IMG/VR virus record: IMGVR_UViG_3300032103_000228
Location: 1-44,335 of that record
Source of the DNA: a virus
Taxonomy: Duplodnaviria > Caudoviricetes
Length of the DNA: 44,335 nucleotides
Direction: 5' to 3' (one strand)
Numbering within the stretch: the stretch's first letter is position 1; each line of letters starts with the position of its first letter. The notes beneath the pieces are model-generated. The model was given only the letters and a program-made list of their open reading frames with translations, was not told where the DNA came from and did not search any database. The position numbers and the translations under genes are program-made. Of this stretch, positions 8,917-17,888 are shown piece by piece.

Positions 8917-8993
8917 CCGAGTGTAGCGTAGCTTGGAAGCGCGTCTGGTTTGGGATCAGAAGGTCGTGGGTTCAAATCCCACCACTCGGACCA
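8917..8993 (+). tRNA. tRNA-Pro(TGG)
   Basis: CCGAGTG/CACTCGG-ACCA acceptor, anticodon loop TTTGGGA, T loop TTCAAAT. Confidence 0.92.
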
Positions 8994-9004
8994 TTGGTGG
9001 AGGC

Positions 9005-9040
9005 AACAGCGCCATGCGACCAACATGGCGCTGTTTTTTT
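9005..9040 (+). terminator. Rho-independent terminator after the RNA gene cluster
   Basis: 12-bp stem AACAGCGCCATG / CATGGCGCTGTT followed by a T run. Confidence 0.85.
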
Positions 9041-9069
9041 GTTTACAGCGCGCATTCGGGCGGTATGTT
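9038..9069 (+). promoter_or_regulatory. Class A promoter
   Basis: TTTGTTTACA-N13-CGG-TATGTT; ATG 6 nt downstream (9076). Confidence 0.75.
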
Positions 9070-9075
9070 GTAAAC

Positions 9076-9276
9076 ATGAACGACGCAGTTGTTAGAGAAA
9101 ACACCGCGGTGCTGGCGTTTCGACTGCCAGAATCCAAGGTCAAGCGATTGGCCAAGGAGCAGGAGGAACGAAAGCCCATCGGTGTTTACTCGCCCAACCA
9201 GTACGCTCGGCACATTGTCGACAAATACCTGAACGGTGAACTGATTCCGCGCGAGGAGTCCGTAGTTACTACGTGA
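9076..9276 (+). CDS. Small ribbon-helix-helix-like DNA-binding protein
   Basis: VLAFRLPESKVKRL...SPNQYARHIVDKYL fits a strand-helix-helix pattern; directly upstream of the tubulin gene. Confidence 0.55.
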   Translation: MNDAVVRENTAVLAFRLPESKVKRLAKEQEERKPIGVYSPNQYARHIVDKYLNGELIPREESVVTT

Positions 9277-10409
9277 ATGAAGAAGTTGACCTGATTGTTC
9301 CTGACATTCCGATGCCGCCTGAAGTTGACGCGGCGCAGGGAGAGATCAAGGACGAAACGGACGTCGCGTTCAAGTTTGCTTTCGTTGGTTCTGGGCAAGG
9401 CGGTTCGCGCCTTGCCCAGACTTTTTTCAAGCTGGGGTACCGCCGCGTTTGTGCCATCAACACCGCCGAGCAGGACCTGGCCACCATCGACCTTCCCAAC
9501 AAGCTGCTGATTGGAAACGGCGGCGTAGGCAAGGACCCCAAGCTGGCCAGTGCTCAGCTGGCAGAGCGCCGCGAGGACGTGTTGGACTTCATGCAGCGGT
9601 CATTTGGCCCCGTGTTTGACCGCATCTTCGTTACCGTCGGCGCGGGAGGCGGCACGGGCGCCGGTACGGTCCTTGACCTTGTGACCATTGCCTCAGAGCT
9701 TCAAGAGTCCTTGAAGGTGAAGTCGTCGAAGGTGGGTGTGGTCGTCGCGCTGCCGAAAAATTCAGAGGGAGCGCGAGTGTGCCACAATGCTTACTGGACA
9801 CTTCACTACCTGACTGACCTGGTAGAGAAGGGCGTGGTTTCCCCGCTGATTATCATCGACAACGAGAAGATCAGCGCCATCTTTCCGGGTTTGGCCGTTG
9901 ACCCATTCTGGAACACGGCCAATTCAAGCGTGTGCAGCCTGTTCCACCTGTTCAACAACGTATCGGTCAAGCACAGCCGCTACTCGTCATTTGATGCCAA
10001 CGACTTCAAGTTGGTTCTGGACGCCGGTTTGATTGTGTTTGGTGCGTCGCCCTTGAAGAAGTGGGACACCGCAACCGACATCAGCTCAGCGGTGCGTGAC
10101 AACCTGAAGCGGAACATTCTCTCGGGAGGGATTGATCTTGGCACGGGCGCGGTTGCTGGGGTGGTCATCATCGGCGGCAAGGAGGTCATGGAGAAGGTTC
10201 CACAGGAGTTTCTGGACCACGCTTTTGACCAGTTTACCCGGACTTTGAAGAGCGGCTCGACTGTCCACCGTGGAATTTACTGTGGGGACAAACCCACCTT
10301 GGTGGCTTACACGACGATCGGCGGATTAAGCCGCCCAGTTTCTCGACTTGAAGAGCTCAAGAAACTGGGCAACGTGACTTTGGGAACTCCGGTTCCCACC
10401 TGGCCCTAG
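9273..10409 (+). CDS. Tubulin/FtsZ-family GTPase (PhuZ/TubZ-like)
   Basis: VGSGQGGSRLA, AINTAEQDL, GGVGKDP, signature GAGGGTGAG, IIIDNE. Confidence 0.92.
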   Translation: MNEEVDLIVPDIPMPPEVDAAQGEIKDETDVAFKFAFVGSGQGGSRLAQTFFKLGYRRVCAINTAEQDLATIDLPNKLLIGNGGVGKDPKLASAQLAERREDVLDFMQRSFGPVFDRIFVTVGAGGGTGAGTVLDLVTIASELQESLKVKSSKVGVVVALPKNSEGARVCHNAYWTLHYLTDLVEKGVVSPLIIIDNEKISAIFPGLAVDPFWNTANSSVCSLFHLFNNVSVKHSRYSSFDANDFKLVLDAGLIVFGASPLKKWDTATDISSAVRDNLKRNILSGGIDLGTGAVAGVVIIGGKEVMEKVPQEFLDHAFDQFTRTLKSGSTVHRGIYCGDKPTLVAYTTIGGLSRPVSRLEELKKLGNVTLGTPVPTWP

Positions 10410-11302
10410 ACCTTCGGGTATTTAGGTTTCCAGAACCCTTTTTCGTCCTGTGCGAAGTCTCCGCACAGGTACGGTTCGCTCTCTACCATCATCTTGGAGA
10501 CGACCGAGAAGACGTAGGCGATTTCTTCTTCAGCCGCCTCGCTGGAACGCAGCGCCATGATGTGGCGCACGGCTCGAGCGTTCATGGTCCACACCCCGCC
10601 GGTTGCAATGCCCATGGGCATAATCCGGCGCATCATGGACGTGATTTGCTTCTTCCCATGGAATTTCGAGTCAGGCGCGAGCTCTTCTTTCCAAATGTCT
10701 TGGAGCTTCGCGTAGTTCTGCTCGGTCATCTTCATGTGGTCCTGGAAGACCCGCTGGGTGTCGACTTTCTTGTTGTACAACGCAGCGAGGACGCGGATGC
10801 GGTCTTCAGGAGTTGGACGTGGATCCTCCGCTGTCCAGGTGGCGCAGTACTTGTGGGCTGCTTCTTCAGCAGATGTGGTCCGCAACGACGTGGGCAGCCA
10901 CCAAGGAATATCGTTGAATCGGACGTAACGCATTGAACCTTCGGAAATACCGACGCCGGCGCGGTGACGATTCATCTCTCCGGTGAATACTCGGCTGACG
11001 CCCTCGATTGCGAAGGTGAAGACCGAGTGCTCAAAGACCGATCCATGGCCAGATTTCAGAATGTTGTCGATGTACTCCGCCATGTCCTTGCGGACCTTGG
11101 TAACATTGGGGTTCAACGACGTTTGGAAGCTCATATAGCACCGCTTTGCCGCAAGGGCGATAAGCAGGGCGGGATCAGTTACGGTTTCAGAGGTTGGAAT
11201 TTCAAATTCGTTTGCCCCAAGGTGGTCGAGCCACGCGCGCACTGCTTCTTTTCGGACTTGGGTTTTTGCGAGCATGAAAACTCGAATATCGACATTTCGC
11301 AT
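10406..11302 (-). CDS. thyX: FAD-dependent thymidylate synthase
   Basis: GHGSVFEH, SRVFTGEMNRHR...SEGSMRYV (RHRx7S), NARA..H...LR...AAEEEI. Confidence 0.93.
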   Translation of the reverse strand: MRNVDIRVFMLAKTQVRKEAVRAWLDHLGANEFEIPTSETVTDPALLIALAAKRCYMSFQTSLNPNVTKVRKDMAEYIDNILKSGHGSVFEHSVFTFAIEGVSRVFTGEMNRHRAGVGISEGSMRYVRFNDIPWWLPTSLRTTSAEEAAHKYCATWTAEDPRPTPEDRIRVLAALYNKKVDTQRVFQDHMKMTEQNYAKLQDIWKEELAPDSKFHGKKQITSMMRRIMPMGIATGGVWTMNARAVRHIMALRSSEAAEEEIAYVFSVVSKMMVESEPYLCGDFAQDEKGFWKPKYPKV

Positions 11303-11479
11303 AATAGTTATGTTTGAGTTTATGCCAAAGGTAAGCTATCGGCAAGTCAGATCGTAGAACTGTACAGACCAAGGGCTCAAAGGAAATTGCCGAGCTTGAC
11401 GGAACGAGCCCTTTAGCTGTTAGAAACGTGTTAAACGTGTTAAGAAAGTCTGGAGTTGTGATCCGTAGACAGGGGCGCA

Positions 11480-11902
11480 ATGAAGTCTACCGAGCGGAAA
11501 AGGCATGGTCTTGCCGGTTTTGCAGTCCGGCGCAGAACAGCTCCGTCGTACGTTTATCGCCTTGCGGCAATTTTGAAACTCGGTGGACGGTGCATTTTAT
11601 GTGGGACTCGAGATTTTAGAGTGCTCGAGATCAATCACGTTAACGGAGAAACAGATTATTTGAGGGTGGCCTGCGGTGAAGTTTCAGGTCTTGAAGTTCG
11701 GTGTGCCAACTGCAGCGTGATTCATGAGTTTGAGCGCGGAAACAAAAAGTTGCTGTCTGTGATGGTCAACCCGACGACAGGACATCTTACCAAGATTGGA
11801 AAAAGTTGCTATCTGTCCGGCTTTTCGAGCATTCAACGCCTTTTGATCGGCCCTCTTTTTCCGCGGACAATCCACTCCGGATGCTGTCTGGTCCAGTGCT
11901 GA
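11480..11902 (+). CDS. HNH homing endonuclease-like protein, possibly degenerate
   Basis: LGGRCILCG..D...LEINHVNG...LEVRCANC; AT-richer segment, oriented opposite to both neighbours. Confidence 0.65.
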   Translation: MKSTERKRHGLAGFAVRRRTAPSYVYRLAAILKLGGRCILCGTRDFRVLEINHVNGETDYLRVACGEVSGLEVRCANCSVIHEFERGNKKLLSVMVNPTTGHLTKIGKSCYLSGFSSIQRLLIGPLFPRTIHSGCCLVQC

Positions 11903-12075
11903 TCTCCCTTGGAGGGCTGTCGCGGCGCATTGTCTTCAACCGTTCCAAGAAATAGGTGTTTTGGGTTAATGCACTGGATTGTCGCAGCGGTGACGAACAA
12001 TTAGAAATTGAACCGTTAAACAGCTCAAACGAAACTCTGTGCGCAGCCTTTTAGCTTAGACTTTACTGATTTTCA

Positions 12076-12903
12076 CTAAATACCTACGGGTCTTGTCATG
12101 TGAAAAAGGCTGTTATTTGAATGCTCAGGAAAAGCCGGCGCCACCAAAGTGGTAAACTGCGCGTGACTAAGAAACTTCTTTGACTTGACCAAGAGAGGGT
12201 CGGTCTTGATGCGCTCCTGCATCTCTTCAGGAAGATGAGTCACCCCGCAAAATGTTCCGAACGTCTCCTCAATTCGAAACCCAGCCTCTTCGGCGACTTC
12301 AAGCTTGGCCTCGTACTCCCACTCGCGGCTCTCGCCGTCTTCGTCCAAGTGGTTTTCAGCCGTGGAATCAGACACGCCAGCATTCGGTGTGCTAAACAGA
12401 CAGGTGCCGCCGGGCTTGGTCCAGTTGAACAACTGCCGCATCATCTGGGGTCCTTTGGACCGCGGAATGTGCTCAAAGGTCTCAAAGCAAACTACCAAGT
12501 CAAACTGCCCCGGCCAACCCTCCAACTGAGTATGGTCGTCCACGAGTAGGTCAGTCTTGACCAACGTGATCGGCACTTTCCAACCGTCGTCCTCGGCCGG
12601 CAGCCACTGGCGAGTCGCTCGAAGTTCAAACCCCCAGTATTGGAAATCGTCGACGGGTTTCAGGCGGTTGCGCCACAGGAAATACGGGAGCTGGAGCTTG
12701 CCGCACCCCACGTCCAAGAGCGTCTTGCACTCCTTCAACCGGCTGGTCAACAACTTCCAAGTGTAGGCATACCGGTTGCAGTGGGCCAACCAGTCATTGT
12801 GGGTGGCATAACCGCGGTCTACCGACTCGGCAGCCAGCAACTCGGTCAAGTTGCAGTTGTCTTCGTTCCGGTGGTTTAACTCAAAAAATTTGCGCGTTGG
12901 CAT
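12076..12903 (-). CDS. Class I SAM-dependent methyltransferase
   Basis: LLDVGCG, FDLVVCFETFEHI, KPGG...STPN. Confidence 0.85.
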   Translation of the reverse strand: MPTRKFFELNHRNEDNCNLTELLAAESVDRGYATHNDWLAHCNRYAYTWKLLTSRLKECKTLLDVGCGKLQLPYFLWRNRLKPVDDFQYWGFELRATRQWLPAEDDGWKVPITLVKTDLLVDDHTQLEGWPGQFDLVVCFETFEHIPRSKGPQMMRQLFNWTKPGGTCLFSTPNAGVSDSTAENHLDEDGESREWEYEAKLEVAEEAGFRIEETFGTFCGVTHLPEEMQERIKTDPLLVKSKKFLSHAQFTTLVAPAFPEHSNNSLFHMTRPVGI

Positions 12904-12923
12904 GCGCAAAAGAACTCGGTCGG

Positions 12924-13307
12924 TTAAAGGTAACGTTGAATCCTATTCCAATAAACGAGCGTCGCCTTGCGGCGGTGTCCCGCTGGACCACCGTTGTGCA
13001 CCCTAGCCAGGGTCTTGTAATCGTGGCGCTCTACGGCTCGAGGCGCGTACTTGTTCAGCACGGCAGTGACCACCTTCAACGAGTATCGGTAATCTGCGCA
13101 GTCCTCGTACTTTCCGGGCAAGCCGGAATCAGCCCAATAGGCATAGTGGATTTGGAATGGCCCGAGTGCCTTTCCTCCGTCACCCCGGATAGCGCCCAGT
13201 CGACCTCCTGTTTCGACCATGTGAATGGCCTTCACAAATTTCGGTGACAGCTCAGCTGCCACCCCAATGCACGCCGTTATCATGACAGCCATGAAGAGAG
13301 ACTTCAT
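12924..13307 (-). CDS. Secreted lysozyme-like muralytic enzyme (i-type/destabilase or transglycosylase-like)
   Basis: Signal peptide, AIHMVETGG (catalytic Glu), GPFQIH..YW.D, ARVHNGGP..H...YW. Confidence 0.8.
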   Translation of the reverse strand: MKSLFMAVMITACIGVAAELSPKFVKAIHMVETGGRLGAIRGDGGKALGPFQIHYAYWADSGLPGKYEDCADYRYSLKVVTAVLNKYAPRAVERHDYKTLARVHNGGPAGHRRKATLVYWNRIQRYL

Positions 13308-13313
13308 GCCCAC

Positions 13314-13344
13314 AACATACCGGGAACACCGAGATTTGTAAACA
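13314..13344 (-). promoter_or_regulatory. Class A promoter
   Basis: Minus strand TGTTTACA-N14-CGG-TATGTT; ATG 6 nt downstream (13307). Confidence 0.75.
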
Positions 13345-13369
13345 GAACCACGCGTGTTCTTCGACCCGT

Positions 13370-13512
13370 ATGCGAAATGTCGACATCAAAGTCTTCCTCA
13401 TTGCCAAGATCAGCGTGGACCGCGAAGCGGTTCGAACTGTCTACTGGCTATGAAATCCCCAGTGAAGAAACGGTCACCGACCCGGCCTTGCTGATCGCGA
13501 CGGCTGCCAGAG
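13370..13512 (+). pseudogene. thyX: Diverged, frameshifted copy of the thyX 5' end
   Basis: MRNVDIKVFLIAKISVDREAVR / YEIPSEETVTDPALLIATAAR versus intact MRNVDIRVFMLAKTQVRKEAVR...FEIPTSETVTDPALLIALAAK. Confidence 0.88.
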
Positions 13513-13595
13513 TCCAAGGTCAAGAGTGCAGGCAAGCTGCTGAAAACTGGTCAGCAAGCTGTTCTGGCGTCGTCACCCCGATTTGAGCAGCCGTC

Positions 13596-13724
13596 ATGGC
13601 TGCCAGAAGAAAGACAATGTTCAATACTGGAAAACATGCGAAGTCTGACCTTGCCCGTAGATTTCGGGTGTCTATTGGAACAATTTCCGGGGTCATTACG
13701 GGACGGGTTTGGAGAAGTAGTTAG
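13596..13724 (+). pseudogene. HTH remnant resembling the C-terminus of an HNH homing endonuclease
   Basis: KSDLARRFRVSIGTISGVITGRVW. Confidence 0.5.
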
Positions 13725-13730
13725 CCCACT

Positions 13731-14432
13731 ATGCCAAAGCTCAAGTCCATCAGGTTAAAGAACAAGTCGAAAACGCTTGACCCGCGGCTTGACCGCGTCG
13801 TGCGTTTTGACAAGCGCTCTCGCGAGTTTCCAATTCGCGCCTTGATTGAGGCGCGAAAACCTCGAAGCTATACGTGGTCGTGCAAGACGTTTTTGGACCA
13901 AGGTCAAGAAGGCGCCTGCACTGGTTTTGCCGTAACCCACGAGGCCGCTGCGCACCCTGTCTGCGTCAGGGTTGACGAAGCCATGGCTCGTTCAATCTAC
14001 AAGCGGGCCAAGCAGATTGACGAGTGGCCAGGTGAAGATTACGAGGGAAGCTCGGTGCTGGCGGCTGTCAAGGCAGGTCAAGAGTGCGGTTGGTACGGCG
14101 AATACCGCTGGGCGTTTGGGATTGATGACTTGAAGCTAGCCTTGGCCTACAAAGGACCTGCGGTGCTGGGCGTCAATTGGTACGAGGGCATGTTTGAGCC
14201 TGGCCACACAGGTTTCATCCGACCATCCGGCGCCCTGATGGGAGGACACGCGATCCTGGCTAACGGCATCAGTCTTCGCGCTCCAGGTTTCGTGCGGCTC
14301 CACAATTCGTGGGGACAAAGCTGGGGGCTGAACGGCGAGTGCTTCATCACGTTTGCTGACCTTGACACTTTGCTTCGCCAGGACGGTGAGGCTTGCATTC
14401 CAGTTCAGCGCAAAAATCCAACCGTTCTCTAA
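13731..14432 (+). CDS. Papain-like (C1) cysteine peptidase
   Basis: DQGQEGACTGFA (Gln, Cys), GGHAI (His), HNSWG (Asn). Confidence 0.9.
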   Translation: MPKLKSIRLKNKSKTLDPRLDRVVRFDKRSREFPIRALIEARKPRSYTWSCKTFLDQGQEGACTGFAVTHEAAAHPVCVRVDEAMARSIYKRAKQIDEWPGEDYEGSSVLAAVKAGQECGWYGEYRWAFGIDDLKLALAYKGPAVLGVNWYEGMFEPGHTGFIRPSGALMGGHAILANGISLRAPGFVRLHNSWGQSWGLNGECFITFADLDTLLRQDGEACIPVQRKNPTVL

Positions 14433-14435
14433 TCT

Positions 14436-15434
14436 GTGTCTGGTCTCGTACTCATTGAAGGACCAGACGGCACAGGTAAGTCGACGTTAGCGTCGCAGTT
14501 CAAGCAGGACCTTGGTGCGATCGTGCTTCACCAGCGATACCGCTGGAAAAATCGCATGTTCCACTATCACACGGCCGTATTGCGCCGGGCGCTAAAGCTG
14601 GTTGACCAAGGTCACCTCGTCGTCTTAGACCGGTTGTGGCCGTCTGAGCTCATTTACGGTCAGGTTTACCGCGGAGGGTCTCCAATTCCTCTCGAGGGGC
14701 GGTTCATGGACCGCGTCATGCTCAAGCACGCGTCGCTTTACATCTTCTGCGGGGGCGGCCCTAAGGTCATCGCTGAGCGCCATGCCAAGCTTAAGCAGCA
14801 GCGCGACGAGCTTTACGAGTCGCACATCGAGCAGCTGGCGTTAGCCTATGACCGCTTTGTGAAAGACTTCGCGTCGGTGGGCGACTTCTGGCGGTTTGAC
14901 GTGATGCGGTATTCCATCGAAGACGACGGGGCTTGCCCGTCTGACTACGTCAAGCGCGCTGCCACGCGCCTTGACCTTTGGCGAAAGCGACAGTTTCAAC
15001 CAGCGCTTTCGTTTACCCAGCAAAACATCCTTGGACACGCGGCTTGGGCGAAGTTTCTGTTTGTGGGTGACAAGTGCAACCAGAAGCACCGTGGCACGCT
15101 CTGGCCGTTTTACGAGTACGGGAACTGCAGCTTGTTCATGTCGGAATGCCTTCATGAGCTTGGTTTCCGAGAAGAGCTTGGCATGTGGACTAACGCGAAT
15201 GCCGGCACTGAGTTTAACTCGCTGCTTGAGTTCAGACCGCATTTGAAGGTCATCGCCCTGGGGGCTGACGCACACAACACGCTGCACGCGGCTGGCGTCA
15301 AGCATGAGGCGGTGCCTCACCCGCAATACGGTCGGCGGTTTGACCGCGACGGATTCAAGCGCCATCTCAAGTTAGTTCTTAGTCCTGATGAAGTTCAAGA
15401 CCACGCACGAAGCGTATCTGGCGGTGCTTCGTGA
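14436..15434 (+). CDS. dNMP (thymidylate-like) kinase fused to a C-terminal UDG-like domain
   Basis: LIEGPDGTGKST P-loop, VVLDR..PSELIYG; C-terminal FLFVGD...VIALG..A...VPHPQY. Confidence 0.75.
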   Translation: MSGLVLIEGPDGTGKSTLASQFKQDLGAIVLHQRYRWKNRMFHYHTAVLRRALKLVDQGHLVVLDRLWPSELIYGQVYRGGSPIPLEGRFMDRVMLKHASLYIFCGGGPKVIAERHAKLKQQRDELYESHIEQLALAYDRFVKDFASVGDFWRFDVMRYSIEDDGACPSDYVKRAATRLDLWRKRQFQPALSFTQQNILGHAAWAKFLFVGDKCNQKHRGTLWPFYEYGNCSLFMSECLHELGFREELGMWTNANAGTEFNSLLEFRPHLKVIALGADAHNTLHAAGVKHEAVPHPQYGRRFDRDGFKRHLKLVLSPDEVQDHARSVSGGAS

Positions 15435-16182
15435 GGTGCTCGAGCACCCAGATTTTTCGCCGTCTCCACGCGGGCTTCCCATTTACGAGAAGCTCAATTT
15501 CACGTTTACGGTCGACGAGCCGTCGTCAGAGCCGATTGTCACGCGCGATGAGCAGCGTAATGAGGTCATCGCCGACTACACCCGCAAGGAGTTCGACATG
15601 CATAACAGTGGCGAGACGCGCGTCGAGCTTTGGGGACAGATCAGTAAATTCTGGACGAAGATCGCCAACCCTGACGGCCACATTAACTCGGCGTACGGGT
15701 ATCTAATTTGGCATGATTTTAGCTGTGGAAATCCGGCATTCGAGGCCGACCAGCTCGGTATGATTTCGTGCCAAGAAGATTTGCTGGCGCTTCAGAAGGT
15801 GAATGAAGAGTTCATGCGGACTCCATGGGAGTGGGCGGTTCAAGCATTGAAGCGGGACAAGGACACGCGCCAAGCAGTCTTGAAGTTTCACAAGCGCGAG
15901 CACCTGTGGTTTGGAAATAACGATCAGGTCTGCACAATGCACGGTATCTTTCACATTCGAGAAAACCGGCTCAACTTCACCGTGGTCATGCGGTCTAACG
16001 ACCTTGTCAAGGGCACGGTCTATGACACGCCGTGGTTTGTCTCATTGATGGACATGATGATTGGAGAGCTAAAAGGCACCTACCCAGACCTTGTCAAGGG
16101 TTGGTATTGCCACGTGGCTCACAGCCTCCACATCTACGATCGTGACGTGCCTGTGGTGAAGAAGATGCTGGGGATGGCCTAG
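15388..16182 (+). CDS. Thymidylate synthase homolog, predicted dCMP-modifying (hydroxymethylase-type)
   Basis: DTRQA, DQVCT (catalytic Cys), MRSNDLVKGTVYD with Asp at the E. coli ThyA N177 position, HSLHIY. Confidence 0.85.
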   Translation: MKFKTTHEAYLAVLREVLEHPDFSPSPRGLPIYEKLNFTFTVDEPSSEPIVTRDEQRNEVIADYTRKEFDMHNSGETRVELWGQISKFWTKIANPDGHINSAYGYLIWHDFSCGNPAFEADQLGMISCQEDLLALQKVNEEFMRTPWEWAVQALKRDKDTRQAVLKFHKREHLWFGNNDQVCTMHGIFHIRENRLNFTVVMRSNDLVKGTVYDTPWFVSLMDMMIGELKGTYPDLVKGWYCHVAHSLHIYDRDVPVVKKMLGMA

Positions 16183-16188
16183 CAAATT

Positions 16189-16221
16189 TTTGTTTACAAC
16201 CGCGCGCGGTTGCGGTATTGT
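16189..16221 (+). promoter_or_regulatory. Class A promoter
   Basis: TTTGTTTACA-N14-CGG-TATTGT; GTG 5 nt downstream (16227). Confidence 0.75.
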
Positions 16222-16226
16222 CCATC

Positions 16227-17393
16227 GTGAACAACGCTCTTCCATTTAGTGTCGGCTGGGAGCTGGAGTTTGCACTGCGTGACGCAGACAGGCTGCGGAC
16301 GATTTCAAACACCATGTTTCGCGCTGGTATTGACAATGACTGCTACGGGCGCTGGCGCCGGTCGCCTGTCTCTGCGGAAAAGTGGGACTTGAAGACCGAC
16401 TCAAGCTGTGGTATCACGCCCGGTGCGGTCGGTTTCGAGGCAGTCAGCCCGGTGATCTACAACTACACCGACTTGACCCATCACGCGACAGCCGCACCGC
16501 TGATTCGGCGCAACGGCGCCATCATCAATGAACGTTGCGGGCTTCACGTCCACATGGGTTTGGCGCAGCACCCTGACTACTCTCCAGCGGCCGTGGACCG
16601 TCTGATTCGCTTTCTGAACCGTTACGAGGCGGCCTTCTTCATGTTGGTGCCCGTGACTCGCAGGAGCAACCCGTATTGTAAGCCTATCCCCATCCCCATC
16701 GCGGACCGAGTTCGCCGGACCCACGGCAACATGGACATTGGCATGGCGTGGGCCGACAAGAATACCTGGGTCAATTTCCAGACTCTCCCGCGCATCGGCA
16801 CGGTTGAATTTCGGCTGTTCCCCGGAACGCTGGACAAAAACGAGATTGTGGGCACGGTGATGTTCCTTCAGCAGGTGATGGAGTGCGTGATTTCGCGCGG
16901 GAAAGAAGTTCAGTGGGGAAAGGCGCGCGCCAAAGACAGTCGGATGCTTTTCTACACCATGCTCCAGCAGGCAGGTTTCTATGGCAAGGATTTTGACCCT
17001 GACCGTTTGAAAATCGCGCGCAAGTGGGCAACCAGCCACTTCGGCAAGGAAAACCGTGGGACTGACCCAGTGGTCGAACCTGTCCCTGCTCCTGAACTTC
17101 GCGGACACAGCGGCGGAAACGTATTTAGCGCAGAGCCGACATCGACAACCGAGGAACCGCCGCGTCGACCTCGTCGTCCGTTTCGGGCAGCTGGGACTCA
17201 CACAGGCCGGTTGTCCGCGGTGACCCCGACTCCTCAAACGAGTCCAATGGATCAGACAACCGCCCAGTCGACGACGGCGGTGACCCCGGTGTGGACTGAC
17301 GTGGACGCGACGTCGGGGACCGTCCATGAAGTCATCTTTCAGACCGAAGACGACTTTGCTCCCAACTCAGACAATGAACCGAGACCACTATGA
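16227..17393 (+). CDS. Putative amidoligase (COOH-NH2 ligase, Amidoligase_2-like)
   Basis: VGWELEF, WDLKTDSS, FEAVSP, NERCGLHVH, YCK, WVN, TVEFRLFPGT; low-complexity C-tail. Confidence 0.88.
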   Translation: MNNALPFSVGWELEFALRDADRLRTISNTMFRAGIDNDCYGRWRRSPVSAEKWDLKTDSSCGITPGAVGFEAVSPVIYNYTDLTHHATAAPLIRRNGAIINERCGLHVHMGLAQHPDYSPAAVDRLIRFLNRYEAAFFMLVPVTRRSNPYCKPIPIPIADRVRRTHGNMDIGMAWADKNTWVNFQTLPRIGTVEFRLFPGTLDKNEIVGTVMFLQQVMECVISRGKEVQWGKARAKDSRMLFYTMLQQAGFYGKDFDPDRLKIARKWATSHFGKENRGTDPVVEPVPAPELRGHSGGNVFSAEPTSTTEEPPRRPRRPFRAAGTHTGRLSAVTPTPQTSPMDQTTAQSTTAVTPVWTDVDATSGTVHEVIFQTEDDFAPNSDNEPRPL

Positions 17394-17800
17394 ACACTGT
17401 GAAAAGCAACGGCTCCTTGAGGGCTGAACCAACTGTGCCAACTGTGCCAACTGTGCCAACTGTGCCAACTGTGCCAACTGTGCCAACTGTGCCAATTCCT
17501 CCGGTTGTCGAAGACCAGCCTGAAGGTCTCCAGTTCATCGTCCAGTCGTGCGATGGACCTTGCTTGGCCAGCGCCGCCGCCCGAAAACGGCTGGGGGTCA
17601 AGCCGGGCGACATGCTCCAGATTTCCAACAGTCGCAGAGACCAAGTTCACTGCGAGGTCCACCAGATTCCGAAGCAGGCGGTGACCTTGGCCAAGGACAA
17701 CTGGATTTGGCTGAACTGCAGCGACCTCCGGCTCCTGTGCGTTGTGCCGGGAGACAAAGTGTGGGTGGCGAAGTCCGACGAGTGGATGGAGTTCCCGTAG
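17390..17800 (+). CDS. Hypothetical protein with (PTV)7 repeat
   Basis: ATGA-coupled 136-aa ORF. Confidence 0.6.
   Translation: MNTVKSNGSLRAEPTVPTVPTVPTVPTVPTVPTVPIPPVVEDQPEGLQFIVQSCDGPCLASAAARKRLGVKPGDMLQISNSRRDQVHCEVHQIPKQAVTLAKDNWIWLNCSDLRLLCVVPGDKVWVAKSDEWMEFP
17429..17495 (+). repeat. 9-bp tandem repeat (CCAACTGTG)x7
   Basis: Seven perfect units plus a partial unit, read directly. Confidence 0.97.
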
Positions 17801-17813
17801 TTTAGTTTTAAGC

Positions 17814-17840
17814 AACGCCGGCTTGTCCGGCGTTTATTTT
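17814..17840 (+). terminator. Probable intrinsic terminator
   Basis: AACGCCGG-CTTGT-CCGGCGTT followed by TATTTT. Confidence 0.6.
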
Positions 17841-17847
17841 GCACAAA

Positions 17848-17879
17848 TTTGTTTACAAATCCACGTACGACGGTATAGT
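17848..17879 (+). promoter_or_regulatory. Class A promoter
   Basis: TTTGTTTACA-N13-CGG-TATAGT; ATG 9 nt downstream (17889). Confidence 0.8.
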
Positions 17880-17888
17880 AGCCCCACG

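Noticed and set aside
9273-10409. Phage-nucleus system or host ftsZ
   Set aside because: No chimallin-like gene and no dcw-cluster context in this window; tubulin alone is insufficient
13370-13512. Template/variable repeat pair of a diversity-generating retroelement with thyX
   Set aside because: Differences are not confined to adenines, include an indel, and no reverse transcriptase is present
17429-17495. Possible CRISPR array
   Set aside because: Head-to-tail 9-bp units with no spacers; an in-frame coding minisatellite. No CRISPR array or cas gene was seen in the window.
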